Shown here: positions 1-8,876 of the stretch, one piece after another
Layout of the letters: the number at the start of each line of letters is the position of its first letter
Position numbering within the stretch: position 1 is the first letter of the stretch
Virus record (IMG/VR): IMGVR_UViG_3300037511_000418
Span: 1-26,549 of that record
DNA length: 26,549 nt
Direction: 5' to 3' (one strand)
Source of the DNA: a virus
Taxonomy: Duplodnaviria > Caudoviricetes
Notes under the pieces: generated by a model
What the model was told of the DNA's origin: nothing
Database searches by the model: none
The model's input: only the letters and a program-made list of their open reading frames with translations
Made by a program: the position numbers and the translations under genes

Positions 1-93
1 TCCCGGCGATTTTCTTGTACGCCGGGCGGCGCTTGTTTCGGGTCCATCGGGCGGTAGCTTTCTCGGAAGCCTTCATTGGAAGTAGCTTAACGT

Positions 94-390
94 ATGGCCG
101 CAGTCCTTCAGAGTATCGGCTGGTCAAATACATGGGAACAGCTCAAGCTATTCTCGAAGCGCTGTTGCGCCTGCGGACGAGTGAAAGACCTTGAGGAGTT
201 CCATTTTTGCGCTCGCGCGCCGGATCACCGGCAATACCAATGCCGTTCGTGTCGGGCAGAATATGACCGGCGCCGCAAGCTCTTCGTCGTCGTTCCTGAA
301 ACTGCCATCACCGTCCGGCTGCACTGGAAGCCGCCAGACGTGAGCGTCCGCTACACATCGACCCTGCCCGTGGAGGCGTTCCGGTCGTAA
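94..390 (+). CDS. Small zinc-finger-like protein upstream of terminase
   Basis: Two CxxC pairs (KRCCACGRVKDLEEF...YQCRSCR) like the Zn-ribbon found N-terminal to phage HNH/EndoVII proteins; no HNH catalytic motif seen; stop abuts TerS start. Confidence 0.6.
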   Translation: MAAVLQSIGWSNTWEQLKLFSKRCCACGRVKDLEEFHFCARAPDHRQYQCRSCRAEYDRRRKLFVVVPETAITVRLHWKPPDVSVRYTSTLPVEAFRS

Positions 391-855
391 TTGGCGCGTA
401 AGGGGCGACCGCCTACCTACCAGCCCAAGATGGCAGAGCAGGCCAAGAAGCTCTGCAAACTCGGTGCTACCGATCAGGACCTCGCCGACTTCTTCGGTGT
501 GTGTACCCGCACGATCATTCGCTGGCAGGCCGAGCACCCTGCTTTTTGTCACGCCCTAAAGGTCGGAAAGGGCGAAGCAGATCAACGCGTTGAGCGTTCG
601 CTCTATCAGCGCGCCGTGGGCTACTCACACCCTGATGTGCACGTGAGCAACTACCAGGGCGCAGTGACGCTGACGCCGATCACCAAACACTACGCGCCAG
701 ATACGGTCGCGTGCATCTTCTGGCTGAAGAACCGACAGCCTGAACTGTGGAGAGACAAGCACGAGATCGAGCACAGCGGAGACACCGACCTCGCAGAGAT
801 CCTGAGGACAGCGCGCCAACGTGCCGGCATCAGCGAAGAAGACGCCACGCACTGA
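391..855 (+). CDS. terS: Terminase small subunit
   Basis: GRPPTY N-terminus, HTH (GATDQDLADFFGVCTRTIIRW), VERSLYQRAVGY and IFWLKNRQPELWRDK motifs; GGAGG at 372-376, TTG start; directly before TerL. Confidence 0.9.
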   Translation: MARKGRPPTYQPKMAEQAKKLCKLGATDQDLADFFGVCTRTIIRWQAEHPAFCHALKVGKGEADQRVERSLYQRAVGYSHPDVHVSNYQGAVTLTPITKHYAPDTVACIFWLKNRQPELWRDKHEIEHSGDTDLAEILRTARQRAGISEEDATH

Positions 856-2404
856 GCCGCTCCGTCAGGAGCGTTTCCTTGCGTTGGTGGGGAAGGACCT
901 GTCGCGGTTCGAACTGGACCCGTTGGGCTACGTTCGCTACGCGTTTCCGTGGGGACAGCCGGGACCACTCCAGAACAAGCAGCCGCGACGGTGGTTCATC
1001 GATCTGTGCGGGCGTATCCGGGCTGCGCTGCTCGCGAACCAAGAACGCGTGGCATGGGAGATCGTGCAGGAGGCGATCGCCTCGGGGCACGGCATCGGCA
1101 AATCGGCCGGCTTCGCCCAGCTCATCCTGTGGGCCATGTCCACACGGGAGCATACCCGCGGTGTCGTCACCGCCAACACGGACACCCAGCTCCGCACGAA
1201 GACTTGGCCCGAAGTCGTGAAGTGGCACGGTCTCGCCATCAACCGACACTGGTTCGAATGCACCGCCACCGCCATATTCCACAAGCAGCACGAGAAGACC
1301 TGGCGGATCGATGCCATCCCGTGGAGTGCCCACAATACCGAGGCATTCGCCGGCCTGCACAACCTGGGCAATCGGTTGCTGCTGGTGTTCGATGAGGCGA
1401 GCGCGATCGCAGATCCGGTTTGGGAAACCGCGGAAGGTGCGCTCACCGACGAGCTCACCCAGATCATCTGGCTGGTGGCTGGCAACCCCACGCGATCAAC
1501 GGGCCGATTTCGTCAGTGCTTCACCCGATTCCGCCATCGATGGAACAGCCGCAACATCGACTCCCGCACGGTCGAGGGGACGAACAAGGCGCAGATCGAG
1601 CGCTGGCAGCGCGACTATGGCGAGCAGTCGCAGTTCTTCAGCGTCCGCGTCAGGGGCGAGTTCGTTGAAGCGGACGCAAACCAGCTCATCCCCCTGCAGT
1701 GGGTGTCGGATGCCAGGACACGATTATGGGACTGGACCGTTGGAGATGGATCGCTCCCCAAGCTGCGCGTCACGGTGGACGTCGCAGACGGTGGTGAGGA
1801 CGAAACCGTCGTCACCGTCGCGCGCCATTACCAGTCGATGTGCGTCGTGCTCAAACAGGTCTCCTTCAGCTTCCAGCCATCGGTTGCCGTTATCGAGTCA
1901 GCAGATGCGGCTGAGCGGATGTTCCTGGAGTGGGGCGGTCGCAAGGACGTCGATGACTTCGTGGTGGACTCGCTCGGGGTCGGCGCTGGCACCGCAGGAA
2001 CGCTCATCAAGGGTGGCTACCGCGTGGTCCAGTACAAGGGCGGTGCAGCGGCATCGAACCCGCTCAAGTGGCGCAACCGGCGAGTGCAGACCTATATCGC
2101 GCTACGGGACGCGTTCAGGGACGGCGCCATCGTCATCCATCCCGAAGCCCTGCAGGACGAGCTCGCGTGGGATGAGTTCGAAGCGCAGATCACCTCCGTG
2201 AAAACCAAGCCTGGAACAGAAAAGCTGGAGGATCTCGTCACGAAAGAGGAAATGCGAAGGGACGGCCTGAAGTCCCCCGATCGTGCGGATAGCCTTGCCA
2301 TGCAGCTTGCGACTGTCGCTCCGGCGATCACGGGCGCATCCGCCTCGCGTCCACAAGCCGCGACCATCATCCCCTCGCGCGCTATGGAGGGCTTCGCAGG
2401 CTAG
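821..2404 (+). CDS. terL: Terminase large subunit
   Basis: Walker A ASGHGIGKS, Walker B LLLVFDEAS, coupling motif GNP, RNase H-like nuclease acids (VDVADGGEDET, VDSLGVG, SPDRADSL). Confidence 0.95.
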   Translation: MPASAKKTPRTEPLRQERFLALVGKDLSRFELDPLGYVRYAFPWGQPGPLQNKQPRRWFIDLCGRIRAALLANQERVAWEIVQEAIASGHGIGKSAGFAQLILWAMSTREHTRGVVTANTDTQLRTKTWPEVVKWHGLAINRHWFECTATAIFHKQHEKTWRIDAIPWSAHNTEAFAGLHNLGNRLLLVFDEASAIADPVWETAEGALTDELTQIIWLVAGNPTRSTGRFRQCFTRFRHRWNSRNIDSRTVEGTNKAQIERWQRDYGEQSQFFSVRVRGEFVEADANQLIPLQWVSDARTRLWDWTVGDGSLPKLRVTVDVADGGEDETVVTVARHYQSMCVVLKQVSFSFQPSVAVIESADAAERMFLEWGGRKDVDDFVVDSLGVGAGTAGTLIKGGYRVVQYKGGAAASNPLKWRNRRVQTYIALRDAFRDGAIVIHPEALQDELAWDEFEAQITSVKTKPGTEKLEDLVTKEEMRRDGLKSPDRADSLAMQLATVAPAITGASASRPQAATIIPSRAMEGFAG

Positions 2405-4866
2405 TGGCGAACCTCTTCACACGCGCATTGGCACGCTTCGCCAAGGTCGAGCCGCTCGAGTCGAACGCCAAACAGGCGTCGAAGCCATCGGACGACGTCG
2501 CAACCTACGAGCGGGCCCAGATCAGTCTCGGCCCCCGATACACCCCCGATTCGCTGGTGCGAGCCAAGGGCATCGGCATCTACGACAAGATGCGCCTCGA
2601 TGAGCAGGTCAAGGCGGTCATGAACTTCAAACGTGACGCCATCACGGCGCGCGGCTGGACGTTCAAGTACGAGGATGAGTCGAGCCTGTCAGACACTGAA
2701 CGGGCGCGTCGCATCCGGGTGTTCAACGAGATCTTCTGCAAGATGCGCGGCTCATTTGTGGACGCGCTGAACGTCGTTGCGACCGGCCGGGACTATGGGT
2801 TCAGCCTCACGGAGAAGGTCTACAGCGACGTCACGATCGACGGGCAGACCTACATCGGCCTCAACATGCTGCTCGGCCGTGATCCGTCCACGTTCGAGTT
2901 CTATACCGACGAGTACGGCATTCTGCAGAAGGTCGTGCAGCTTGCGGCGGGCCGGCGCATCGACGTCGACATGTCGCGGATGATCCACTACGTGCATTCG
3001 CCCGAGTTCGACCGCTTCTACGGTCGATCGGACCTGCGGGAAGCGTATCGGGCGTGGTTCATCAAGCAGCGAGTGGGCGAGTTCTGGGCGCTGTATCTGG
3101 AGCGGATGGCCGGCGGGTTCCTGGTCGTGAACCCAAAGATCGACAGCGACCCGGCTCCCGAGGGTACTGCGGCTGCCGAATCCCTCCATCAGGTGCTGCA
3201 AAACCTCCACAGTTCCAGTGGCATCAAGATGCCGCCGGGCTACGAGGTGCAGCTCATCCAGCCGGCCACCACCGATGCCTTCGAGAAGGCGATGGTGTTC
3301 TGGGACCTCGCCATCGCCAAGGCGCTGCTGGTTCCGAACCTGCTCGGCATCTCGCACACCGGGCAGACGGGCGCCTTTGCTCAATCCCAGACCCAGCTGG
3401 AGGCGTTCTTCTGGACGCTGAATGCCGACTCTGAACGTCTGGAAGCGACGATCAACGAGCAGCTCGTCAAGGATCTGGGTGATCAGAACTTTGGCGATGG
3501 AGACTATCCGGAGTTCTGCTTCAAGCCCGCGTCCCGCGAGCACATCAAGCAGGTCATCGCGGACTGGAAGACGCTCACCGATGCCAAGGCCGTGATCGCA
3601 ACCACTGAGGATGAAGAGCACTTCAGGAAGCTGCTCGACATGCCCAAGCGGGATGAGAAGACAGAGCCGCTCGTCGATCCGCTGGCAGCCCAGCAGGAAG
3701 AACGAGCCGCACAGGGGCAGGAGTTCGACCAGGGCATGCGCGAGCGCCAGCAGGCCATGGCCGAGAAGGCCGCCAACGAGGAACGCTTCGCCGCGGTGAA
3801 TCGCAAGCTCGATTCGATTACCGCAACCCTAACCAGCCTGCGACCCGCCGGGGAAGTCCATCAGCATACTCGTCACAACGGGGCTCACTCGCCCGCTGAC
3901 GGGTCGCAGGCGGTTCCCCACGGGCCGCTGCGGGGCTGCACACGGGCTCAGTTCGACCGGGCTGTCCAGCGGGTGGCGTTCTCGGTCATCGAGAGTCGCC
4001 AGGAGCGAATGGCCGGAGATCTCACCGGACAGGTCGCACAGTTCGTCGCCAAGGGCGCGAAGAAGCTGCTGGGCACGGATGAAGACCTCGCCAAGCTCAT
4101 CGACAACGACCCAACAGATATCGCCGGCGTCGAGTTCAACGGCGCCCAGAAGGGCAAGCTGAAAGACCTGTATCGCCGATCGCTCGCGTCGGCGTGGACA
4201 CTGGGCGGCTCACTCGCTCGAAACGAGCTTGAGCGCGCCCGTGGTCAAAGATTGGTGCGCATGAAAGACTTGCGCGATACGGCTGCCGATTACTTCGAAG
4301 TGAACGGCTTCCGGATGGCAGGCAACGTCTCGGATGGTGTACGCGCCTTGATCCAGCAGGAACTGCAGAACAGCGTGAAGTTCGGTCGCACACCGTCGGA
4401 TACCCGGCAGGTGATCTGGGACCGGCTGGTCTCGCGCGGCTTCACCTCGCGGGAGGCGGTGCTGGATGCGGAAGACGATCCGCAGGTTGCGCGCGCGCTG
4501 AAGGATCTGTGGGGCGTCAGCGAAAAGCAGACCGCTTCCTATCTCGACACGCTCTCACGCACCAACCTGTTCGAAGCGATGAACGAGGCGCGTTATGCCG
4601 AGTTCACCGACCCCGAGTTGGGCGGATTCGTGGTGGCGCTCCAGTACAGCGCGATACTCGATGACCGCACGACCGACATCTGTCGGGCGCTCGATGGCAA
4701 GACGTACGAAGAGGATTCGGACGTGTGGGACCAGTACCGGCCGCCGAACCACTTCAACTGCCGCAGCGTGCTGATTCCGGTGACGGAACTGGACGGCTGG
4801 GATGGGGAGGAGTCGCCGCCGCCGACCGTGCAGCCGGCGGCGGGGTTTGGAGGGACGTTGCAGTGA
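2404..4866 (+). CDS. Portal protein (Mu gp29/DUF935-like) fused to C-terminal Mu gpF-like head morphogenesis domain
   Basis: Follows TerL; portal motifs (GRDYGFSLTEKVY, YGRSDLREAY, INEQLVKDL..NFG..YPEF); C-terminus has RTNLFEAMN, YSAILDDRTTDIC and PPNHFNCRS typical of gpF/SPP1 gp7; GGAGG 2386-2390. Confidence 0.88.
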   Translation: MANLFTRALARFAKVEPLESNAKQASKPSDDVATYERAQISLGPRYTPDSLVRAKGIGIYDKMRLDEQVKAVMNFKRDAITARGWTFKYEDESSLSDTERARRIRVFNEIFCKMRGSFVDALNVVATGRDYGFSLTEKVYSDVTIDGQTYIGLNMLLGRDPSTFEFYTDEYGILQKVVQLAAGRRIDVDMSRMIHYVHSPEFDRFYGRSDLREAYRAWFIKQRVGEFWALYLERMAGGFLVVNPKIDSDPAPEGTAAAESLHQVLQNLHSSSGIKMPPGYEVQLIQPATTDAFEKAMVFWDLAIAKALLVPNLLGISHTGQTGAFAQSQTQLEAFFWTLNADSERLEATINEQLVKDLGDQNFGDGDYPEFCFKPASREHIKQVIADWKTLTDAKAVIATTEDEEHFRKLLDMPKRDEKTEPLVDPLAAQQEERAAQGQEFDQGMRERQQAMAEKAANEERFAAVNRKLDSITATLTSLRPAGEVHQHTRHNGAHSPADGSQAVPHGPLRGCTRAQFDRAVQRVAFSVIESRQERMAGDLTGQVAQFVAKGAKKLLGTDEDLAKLIDNDPTDIAGVEFNGAQKGKLKDLYRRSLASAWTLGGSLARNELERARGQRLVRMKDLRDTAADYFEVNGFRMAGNVSDGVRALIQQELQNSVKFGRTPSDTRQVIWDRLVSRGFTSREAVLDAEDDPQVARALKDLWGVSEKQTASYLDTLSRTNLFEAMNEARYAEFTDPELGGFVVALQYSAILDDRTTDICRALDGKTYEEDSDVWDQYRPPNHFNCRSVLIPVTELDGWDGEESPPPTVQPAAGFGGTLQ

Positions 4867-5045
4867 GCCATCCTATCGAATGTCGATGCGACGAATGCCG
4901 CGCGAATACGGCCTACCGCTTGTCTACCATGTCGAATGGCGTCGAGGTCGAGCTGCTGGAAATCGAGCGTAAAGAGCTGGGCGGCGGCCGAATCATCAAG
5001 AAAGTCATGACTGACGTGGCGCAGACGAAGGACGGTGCAGCGTGA
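4863..5045 (+). CDS. Hypothetical protein, 60 aa (MSHPIECRCDECR...)
   Basis: GTGA overlap with portal stop and GGAGGG upstream; more plausible start than the track's 4725. Confidence 0.55.
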   Translation: MSHPIECRCDECRANTAYRLSTMSNGVEVELLEIERKELGGGRIIKKVMTDVAQTKDGAA

Positions 5046-5263
5046 GCGAGTCGCGTATCTGCGTCTGCGACTGGCTCAAATCGTTGTCGGATGATGACGT
5101 AATGAGTGCGATGGGTTGCTTGGCGAGGGAGTATGAGCGGCGCTGGCCGGGATCAGCGCGTCAACTGACACCTGAGGAAATGGCAGATCCTGAGAAGGTC
5201 GCTGTGCGACTCGCCGAGACGCAAGCGGCGATGCCCGAGAGTGCCCGAGGCAAGACTCAATGA
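5042..5263 (+). CDS. Hypothetical protein, 73 aa
   Basis: GTGA overlap upstream and ATGA overlap downstream. Confidence 0.55.
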   Translation: MSESRICVCDWLKSLSDDDVMSAMGCLAREYERRWPGSARQLTPEEMADPEKVAVRLAETQAAMPESARGKTQ

Positions 5264-5517
5264 ACGCCACCGAACTCGCCATCGACGGCCTCGCCGCGCA
5301 GGAATGCGAAAGTCTCGCAGCCTGCGTCGCGCGTGGTCAGACCCCTGACACGTACGCTGACATTATCTTCAAACTGCGCGGACACGCAGAGAAGCTGCCC
5401 GCCGACCGCATCGCATTCTGGTCCGACCAGTGCAAGGCGCTGGGTGTCGTACTGATTCCCAAGTCGACCTCCAAGCGTCTCGAATCGACCAAGCCGGGAG
5501 GCACAAGCATTCCATAG
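5260..5517 (+). CDS. Hypothetical protein, 85 aa
   Basis: ATGA-coupled, GC3-biased codons, stop overlaps the apparent start of the protease. Confidence 0.65.
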   Translation: MNATELAIDGLAAQECESLAACVARGQTPDTYADIIFKLRGHAEKLPADRIAFWSDQCKALGVVLIPKSTSKRLESTKPGGTSIP

Positions 5518-6515
5518 CGACGGTCGACCTCAAGGGTCAGGAAATCTTTGCTGAAGGGACGTGGAACGGCATCCCGTTCAGCGATAGCGATGTCGACGGC
5601 ATCATTCGCTCGTTCGACTTACTCGGCCTCGCTGGCCACATTCCATTGAAGCTGGGCCACGAAGGCCCGGACCCGCGTGACACCCCTGAGACGCAATTCG
5701 CTCTCGGCTGGGTCAAGCGCGTCTATCGCGAGGGCAAGAAGCTCCTCGCAGACATGGAAGTCCCGGAGAAGGTCGCGAGTTGGATTCGCGACGGCATGCT
5801 CCGCTTTGTTTCCGTCGAGCTGCTGAAAGACGTCAAAGCCGATACACGGGAAATCCCGTGGGTGCTCGACGCAGTGGCTCTCCTGGGTGCCGACCAACCC
5901 GCTGTTGGCATCCTCAAATCCCTGTCGCTGACGATGGCTCGAAGCACTGCACTCCAGTGTCGTGAGCGCGTGGCGTTCTCGCGGGACAACCCCACAACTG
6001 GAGGCCACAGGCCAACCATGGCAGATGAAGAAATGAAGGCGCGCCTTGAGGCCGCCGAGCGCGAGGCGGCAGACGCCAAGCGGAAACTGCAGGAGATGAC
6101 CGACAAGACCCATCAGGAACGCCTCAGCGCCCATCGCGCGAAGCTCCTGGAGGTCTTCGAAGCGCCGATCAAGGCGAAGGAAATCCTGCCGGCGGTTCGT
6201 GAGCAGTTCAAGCGTGCGTACAACTTCGACACGGACGCGATTCTGAACTTCACGACCTCGGACGCTGAGTCCTTCGCGAAGATGCACCCGAATCCGGATG
6301 CGCCCAAGAAGGTGCACACCGCGGGCGGCGTCGACCCGAACGATCCGGCGGAGAAGGCTCTCTTCTCCGCACGCAAGACGCTGCATGAGACGCAGGTTGA
6401 CCCGTCGCGCTCGCGCGATCAGGTGCTCACCGAAGCGGTCATGGCGGAGTTCCGTCGCAACCCCGATCTGGCCAAGGCGTGGCAGGACGCGCCCGGCACG
6501 ATCCGGACTTCCTGA
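5514..6515 (+). CDS. Mu gpI-like prohead protease with C-terminal scaffold; probable ATA start at 5514 (track start 5430)
   Basis: EIFAEGTWNG, PLKLGH, ALGWV, FVSVE, AVALLGADQPAV motifs, then a charged helical C-terminal half; GGAGG 5497-5501. Confidence 0.85.
   Translation: MATVDLKGQEIFAEGTWNGIPFSDSDVDGIIRSFDLLGLAGHIPLKLGHEGPDPRDTPETQFALGWVKRVYREGKKLLADMEVPEKVASWIRDGMLRFVSVELLKDVKADTREIPWVLDAVALLGADQPAVGILKSLSLTMARSTALQCRERVAFSRDNPTTGGHRPTMADEEMKARLEAAEREAADAKRKLQEMTDKTHQERLSAHRAKLLEVFEAPIKAKEILPAVREQFKRAYNFDTDAILNFTTSDAESFAKMHPNPDAPKKVHTAGGVDPNDPAEKALFSARKTLHETQVDPSRSRDQVLTEAVMAEFRRNPDLAKAWQDAPGTIRTS
6018..6515 (+). CDS. Internally initiated scaffolding protein (Mu gpZ-like), in frame with the protease
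   Basis: Internal GGAGG 6000-6004 before in-frame ATG 6018 (MADEEMKARLEAAEREAADAKRKL, coiled-coil-like); same arrangement as Mu I/Z. Confidence 0.65.
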   Translation: MADEEMKARLEAAEREAADAKRKLQEMTDKTHQERLSAHRAKLLEVFEAPIKAKEILPAVREQFKRAYNFDTDAILNFTTSDAESFAKMHPNPDAPKKVHTAGGVDPNDPAEKALFSARKTLHETQVDPSRSRDQVLTEAVMAEFRRNPDLAKAWQDAPGTIRTS

Positions 6516-6533
6516 GGAGGCCAGCCGAACTGA

Positions 6534-6908
6534 ATGTCAACGGAACAGAAATTTGACCTGATCACGGTCACGGCCGCTCAGGATCTCACCGTCGCCGACT
6601 GCCTGTATCACGCGGTGAGCCTCGCCGGAACGATCGTCGGCAGCACCTCGCGTGTGGGCGGCGTGCTCCGCACGAAGTGCTCCAGCGGCTCGCAAGCGAG
6701 CCTCGTCTACCAGGGCCTGTGCAAGGTCATGGCAGGCGCCGCGGTGTCGACGCTGGGCTACCCGCTCACCGTCACGGCCTCGGGCTGGTTCATCGCCGCA
6801 TCGAGCGGCGGCTCAACGATTGGTCGTGCACTGGCGACCGCGGCTTCCGGGGATCTCGTCCCTGCGATGGTCGACTTCAACACCATCCCGGCATGGCCCG
6901 GCACTTGA
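6534..6908 (+). CDS. Capsid decoration/cement protein (DUF2190-like)
   Basis: 124 aa Gly/Ala/Ser-rich, pattern GLCKVMAGAAV...IGRALATAASGDLVPAMV; lies between protease and capsid; GGAGG 6516-6520. Confidence 0.75.
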   Translation: MSTEQKFDLITVTAAQDLTVADCLYHAVSLAGTIVGSTSRVGGVLRTKCSSGSQASLVYQGLCKVMAGAAVSTLGYPLTVTASGWFIAASSGGSTIGRALATAASGDLVPAMVDFNTIPAWPGT

Positions 6909-6925
6909 CGGGAGGCAGGAAATAA

Positions 6926-7906
6926 ATGGGTCTTTCAACCGGAAAAGATCTCCATGTGGACACGTTCCTCAGCGAGATCGCCATCAACTACCGCCCGCAG
7001 GGCATGATCGCCGACCTGATCGCGCCGATCGTCTCCGTGGCGAAGGAAACGAACTACTACCCGGTGTTCAACCGCGGTGAGACCTTCGCCATCGAAGACA
7101 CGTCGCGTTCGCGCGGCACTGAAGCCAAGCGCATCACGCGCTCGGTGAGCACGGCGGCTTACGCGTGCAAGAACTACGCGCTCGCCTATGACGTGCCGAT
7201 CGAGGATCGGGCGAACATGGACGCGGCGTTGCAGTTCGAGCTCGACGTGGGCGCCACCCGCTACGTGGAGACGAAACTGTTCCTCGATTGGGACAAGCGC
7301 GTCACCTCGCTCGTGGGTTCGGCATCCAACGTCTCCACCGGCTTCCTCACGGGTTCCTCGTGGGTGGCTGGTGCCTCTCCTGGCGACCCGATCAGCATGA
7401 TCTGGAAGGCCATGGAGCAGGTGCAGTCGCAGACGGCGCAGAAGCCCAACAGCATCTGCTTCGGCTGGCAGGCGTGGAACTACTTCCGTCGCAATTCGAA
7501 CGCGAGGAACTTCGTCCTCGGCCTGAACAATGGCGGTGGCGCGGTTACGCGCAACGCGACTCAGGCGGCGTTCGAAGTCGACCGGCTCATCGTGGCAGGC
7601 GGCTTCTACAACACGGCCAACGAGGCTCAGGCGGCGGCTCTCACGAGCAATCCGCTGAAGGACTCGGTGCTCGTGTACTACTCGCCGCTCGCTCCGAGCC
7701 GTGAGGAGCCGTCGTTCATGTACTCGTTCCGCTGGACTGCTCCGGAACTGGGTACGCCGCTGGCGGTGATTCGTCACCCGTACGACACGCGCAAGAAGGT
7801 GGACGGAATCGAAGTGCAGTTCTACCAGGACGAGAAGGTCACCGGCTCCGAGTACGGCGCCCTGATTCTCGGCGTGGGCTCTGCGCAGGCGACCGGCCTC
7901 ACCTGA
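6926..7906 (+). CDS. Major capsid protein
   Basis: 326 aa, N-terminal DTFLSEIAINYRPQGMIADLIAPIVSV pattern, C-terminal EEPSFMYSFRW; strong RBS, strong codon bias, followed by terminator. Confidence 0.88.
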   Translation: MGLSTGKDLHVDTFLSEIAINYRPQGMIADLIAPIVSVAKETNYYPVFNRGETFAIEDTSRSRGTEAKRITRSVSTAAYACKNYALAYDVPIEDRANMDAALQFELDVGATRYVETKLFLDWDKRVTSLVGSASNVSTGFLTGSSWVAGASPGDPISMIWKAMEQVQSQTAQKPNSICFGWQAWNYFRRNSNARNFVLGLNNGGGAVTRNATQAAFEVDRLIVAGGFYNTANEAQAAALTSNPLKDSVLVYYSPLAPSREEPSFMYSFRWTAPELGTPLAVIRHPYDTRKKVDGIEVQFYQDEKVTGSEYGALILGVGSAQATGLT

Positions 7907-7920
7907 CAGGAAACCCCTTT

Positions 7921-7950
7921 GGCCGGGGTGTAAAAGCCCCGGCCTTTTTT
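7921..7950 (+). terminator. Rho-independent terminator after capsid gene
   Basis: GGCCGGGG-tgtaaaag-CCCCGGCC stem followed by TTTTTT. Confidence 0.9.
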
Positions 7951-7998
7951 AGGGGCCAAAGATTTCGCGCGCGAGCATAGTGTGGGAAAGGGGTATTC

Positions 7999-8694
7999 AT
8001 GAAGTCAGTGCCTATTCGCGAGATTCACGAGATCGAGTTGTCCTCGATCTGTAATCTCGCGTGTCGGTATTGCCCCCATCCGAAGCTGCAACGCCCGAAA
8101 GACCACATGTCGTGGGAGACGTTCGAGCGCACGCTCGAGCACGTCGCCTACTACGTCGAGAAAGGAACGCAGACAGAGGTGTCTCTGACGGGGATCGGGG
8201 AAGCGATCCTCCATCCCCGTTTCATCGAAGCTGTGTTTCGAGTCCGTGAGGTGATACAGGGCCGGCAGATCACGCTTGCTACCAACGGTGTCGAGCTGAC
8301 ACCGGAGCTTGCTGATGTGCTCGCGAAGCTGCGCGTGGTGACCTACGTGAGCACGCACCGGCCGGAGAAGGCTGGCCCTGCATGGCAGATGCTGAAGGAC
8401 GCCGGGGCCATCACGGGCCTCAATACGGCGTTCGTGGATTCGTCCATCGACTGGGCCGGCCAGGTGAACTGGCACGTCGCTGCGAAGGAGCACAATTGCA
8501 GCTACCTCGGTCTCGGCTGGGGTGTGGTGCGTCAGGATGGCAGTGTGAACGCGTGCTGCATGGACGCGCACGGGAAGCACAAGCTGGCGAGCGTCTGGGA
8601 CGAGGTCGGGTCGCTGATGACGCGGCCGATCGGGCTGTGCGGGACGTGCCACCTCAAGGTGCCTGCGCATATGCAGGAAGAGGTGGCGGCGTGA
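7999..8694 (+). CDS. Radical SAM protein with short C-terminal SPASM/twitch-like domain (copy 1)
   Basis: CNLACRYC (CxxxCxxC), GIGEAILHP, ATNG; C-terminal C...GSVNACCMD...CGTC. Confidence 0.9.
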   Translation: MKSVPIREIHEIELSSICNLACRYCPHPKLQRPKDHMSWETFERTLEHVAYYVEKGTQTEVSLTGIGEAILHPRFIEAVFRVREVIQGRQITLATNGVELTPELADVLAKLRVVTYVSTHRPEKAGPAWQMLKDAGAITGLNTAFVDSSIDWAGQVNWHVAAKEHNCSYLGLGWGVVRQDGSVNACCMDAHGKHKLASVWDEVGSLMTRPIGLCGTCHLKVPAHMQEEVAA

Positions 8695-8876
8695 CTGCGC
8701 CTTCTCCACCGCCCATACGTCTTCGCGGTTACCCGCATCCGCCACCGCGCCCCGAAGTTACGGAAGCGCGTCGTATCGTGGATCAGGCGCTGGATGCGAT
8801 GTCAGACGAAGACATGCTGAAGCTTGCTCAGCAATTGCGCGCGGCAGTCGCAGCCGTGCTGCTAAAGGTGGCTTGA
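8691..8876 (+). CDS. Hypothetical 61 aa protein, Pro-rich N-terminus and helical C-terminus
   Basis: GTGA overlap with rSAM1 stop, GAGG upstream, TTGA overlap with rSAM2. Confidence 0.55.
   Translation: MTAPSPPPIRLRGYPHPPPRPEVTEARRIVDQALDAMSDEDMLKLAQQLRAAVAAVLLKVA

Noticed and set aside
2-60. CCCGGCG/CGCCGGG hairpin and TTGTTT-16-TAGCTT promoter-like sequence
   Set aside because: Weak match, no U-tract, and upstream context is missing
1311-2201. 296 aa alternative-frame ORF inside terL and similar Arg/Ser-rich ORFs
   Set aside because: Off-frame products expected in high-GC coding DNA
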